This document shows, piece by piece, positions 61,403 through 64,000 of a stretch of 64,000 nucleotides of DNA (its first letter is position 1; each line of letters begins with the position of its first letter). Position numbers and translations under genes: made by a program. Origin of the DNA: Eledone cirrhosa (Eukaryota); the NCBI GenBank assembly GCA_964016885.1, contig OZ024740.1, positions 237,770,001-237,834,000 of the forward strand. The letters are read 5' to 3'. The notes under the pieces were generated by a model that was not told the origin of the DNA, made no database searches, and saw nothing but the letters and a program-made list of their open reading frames with translations.

Positions 61403-61835
61403 ACTAGAAATTGATTGACATATATATATTTAAAATAAACACATGAAACAATCACAGGGGATAATTTGTAAAGTGTGTAATCACACACAGCTAGGTAGGT
61501 AACTAATTGAAGTTTAGAATTGCAGCACATGTGACGGGTCACTCGTAGATTTGTATTTGATGCGTAAACACAGACAATTATTTCTTCCTCCTTGCTGATG
61601 ATCTAAGATTTAACTACTGTGACTTTATGGATTTTTAGTGAAATATATTTCTTTAATGAAATATATACAAGGAGGATTAATCATTTTTTAAAAGGTAATA
61701 TTTGAAGATCTAGTTAAACTTTAATTAGTTACCTACCTAGCTGTGATTACACACTTTACAAATTATCCCCTGTGATTGTTTCATGTGTTTATTTTAAATA
61801 TATATATATATGTCAATCAATTTCTAGTTGATATA
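61396..61835. repeat. Inverted repeat (arms 61396-61516 and 61715-61835) with a ~200-bp spacer
   Basis: tatatcaactagaaattgattgac...taggtaggtaactaatt mirrored by aattagttacctaccta...gtcaatcaatttctagttgatata. Confidence 0.92.
61586..61676 (+). ncRNA. Type I hammerhead ribozyme, monomer-competent, in inverted-repeat spacer
   Basis: tcctccttg-CTGATGA-tctaagattt...ggatttttagt-GAA-ATATATTTC tttaat GAAATATAT-A-caaggagga; 9-bp stem I and 9-bp stem III. Confidence 0.85.
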
Positions 61836-61892
61836 AAATGCTCGGATCTATTTATTGGAATCTTTGAGCTTATTCTACAGTGAATATGGCGC

Positions 61893-64000
61893 ATGTGGTG
61901 GAACAGTAAATGGAGGAGTCAATTAAGGCCAAAAAGCAGGCTTGGAAAGTATGGCGGGATGGGGGAAGTAGAGAAGACTATCAAGTGGCCAGGAGGGAAG
62001 CTAGGAGACAAGTGTACTTCGCAAGAAGGGAAGCAGAGGAAAGAAAGTTCAAGCATGTTCTACAACGCGAGGACCAAAAACGTGAGGTGTTCAGGATTGC
62101 TAGGCAATGTGTCAAGAAAAACCGTGATATTGTCAGGGAGAAGTGTGTCCTTAATGATGATGGTGTACTTGCCATCACTGACGCTGATAAGAAGGTAGCT
62201 TGGAAGTGTCACTATGAAAGGCTACTAAATGAGGAGAATAAATGGGAGAAAGACAGTCTCCCCCACATCGATCCAATAGAGGGACCAGCAGTGTTAGTCG
62301 AAGGAAGTATAATAAGTAAGGCAATCAAAGATATGAAGATGGGTAAGGCGGCTGGGCCTTCGGAAATAGTTGCTGAAATGCTGAAAGCTTCTGGAATGGT
62401 GGGACTCACCATGGTCACCCGGATAGTAAACCAAGTCATACAGAATGGGGTTGTTCCGAAGGACTGGCATAGCAGCATCATCATTAACTGCTACAAGGGT
62501 AAAGAAGATGCCCTAGATAAGGGTAACTATAGAGGCATTAAATTAATCGACCAGGTCATGAAGGTCACAGAAAAAGTAATAGCGCAACTAATCAGAGAGT
62601 GAATTGATCTAGATGAAATCGGAAAAAGCCTTTGACAGAGTCCCCCATTCCATTATCTGGTGGGCTCTTAGAAAACTAGGTGTTGATGAATAGCTTGTGA
62701 AAGCTATACAAGCCATTTATAAAGAAACAGTCAGCAAGGTTAGAATTAACAACGAATATAGTGAAGAGTTTAGCATAAAAGTTGGTGTTCATCAGGGCTC
62801 CGTTCTTAGCCCCCTACTATTTATTATTGCCCTTCAGGCTATAACAGTGGAGTTCAAGACCGGCTGCCCATGGGAACTCCTATACGCAGATGATCTAACG
62901 CTCATAGCTGAATCAATGGCTGAACTAGAGAAGAAATTCCAAACATGGAAGCATGGCCTAGAATCAAAAGGCCTTAAAATTAACCTGTCTAAGACTAAAG
63001 TTCTAGTTTGTAGGAAGGAAAATAGGGCACCGGTCCCATCCGGGAAATGGCCATGCTCAGTGTGTAGGAAAGGAGTAGGTAGAAACTCCATTTTATGTCC
63101 CAAATGCAAAGTATGGGTGCATAAAAGATGTAGTGGGGTCACAGGTAAGCTAACTAAGAATATAGATTTTATATGTGGCCGGTACTCTGGTGCAATAAGT
63201 AGCAGCAAGTGCCCACAGAATACTAGCTTATTCCTTTGCTCAGATGGTTCTATAGAAATAGTGGACACCTTCCGTTACTTGGGTGACAAAATCAGCAGTG
63301 GTGGAGGGTGCTCTGAAAGTACAGTAGCTAGAGTCAGAACTGGATGGAAAAAGTTCAGAGAGCTTATACCACTATTAGCCGCTAAAGGGTTCTCTCTAAA
63401 AATGAAAGCAGGCTGCATATGAAAGCATGCCTGCATACGAACAGCAATGTTACATGGCAGTGAGACCTGGGCATTGTGTGCAGAGGATATACGCAGACTG
63501 GAGAGGAACGAAGCTTGCATGCTCTGCTGGATGTGTAATAGTAATATACGTGAATGGCAAAGCATAAACGAACTAAGGGAAAAATTAGAAATAAGAGGGA
63601 TCAGATGTTGTTTACTCGAGAGAAGACTACATTGGTATGGTCACGCGATGCGCATGAAAGACGACAGCTGTATAAAAAAGTGCAGGGCAATAAAAATAGA
63701 CGGTAGCCATGGAGTAGGCAGACCCAGAAAAACCTGGGACGACTTGATAAATTCCGACCTCACACACTTACACCTCTCCAAGACAATGTCACTGGACCGA
63801 GATCTTTGGCGCTACACAGTAATACAGAAGACCCGCCTTACCTAAGTACAAAGTGAAAGCTACTACAGTCACTAGGCACTTCTAACAAAAATACACCCCC
63901 GTCCCACCACCCCCATCCCATCCACACCACCCTTTTCAATGTAAAGTTATGTTGGTACCACAACATCCAGTCCGAAACAAATGAGGTCGTGTAGGTGTCA
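61893..64000 (+). mobile_element. RTE LINE family A, 5'-truncated copy with internal deletion (runs off window)
   Basis: ORFs 61910-62602, 62697-63422 (YADD, PHD-like finger) and 63447-63845; RT segment from QFGF to AFVDL missing at ~62620. Confidence 0.93.

Overview
AT-rich, microsatellite-dense eukaryotic DNA made almost entirely of transposable elements and their derivatives. The repeat content resembles a mollusc/cephalopod (octopus-like) genome; this is inference from repeat style, not a database match. No host protein-coding gene could be supported. Contents: several RTE-clade LINE families, including one near-intact 989-aa APE-RT-PHD ORF whose first catalytic Asp reads Asn; R4/Dong-like REL retroelements, one bounded on both sides by (ACAT)n; L1/Tx1-like 3' fragments; two tRNA-derived SINE families; mariner relics; a Helitron cluster (three head-to-tail non-autonomous units, a decayed Rep/Hel and a nested solo LTR); a Penelope GIY-YIG relic; and two satellites, one of which (~5 kb) grew out of a LINE/SINE 3' tail. 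The most striking signal is non-coding. I folded by eye 7 good and 2 degenerate type I hammerhead ribozyme (HHR) motifs. Two carry a compensatory U3-A8 core. Several sit in the spacer of, or next to, long genomic inverted repeats. This suggests a family of Penelope/retrozyme-like, ribozyme-bearing elements that generate palindromes.
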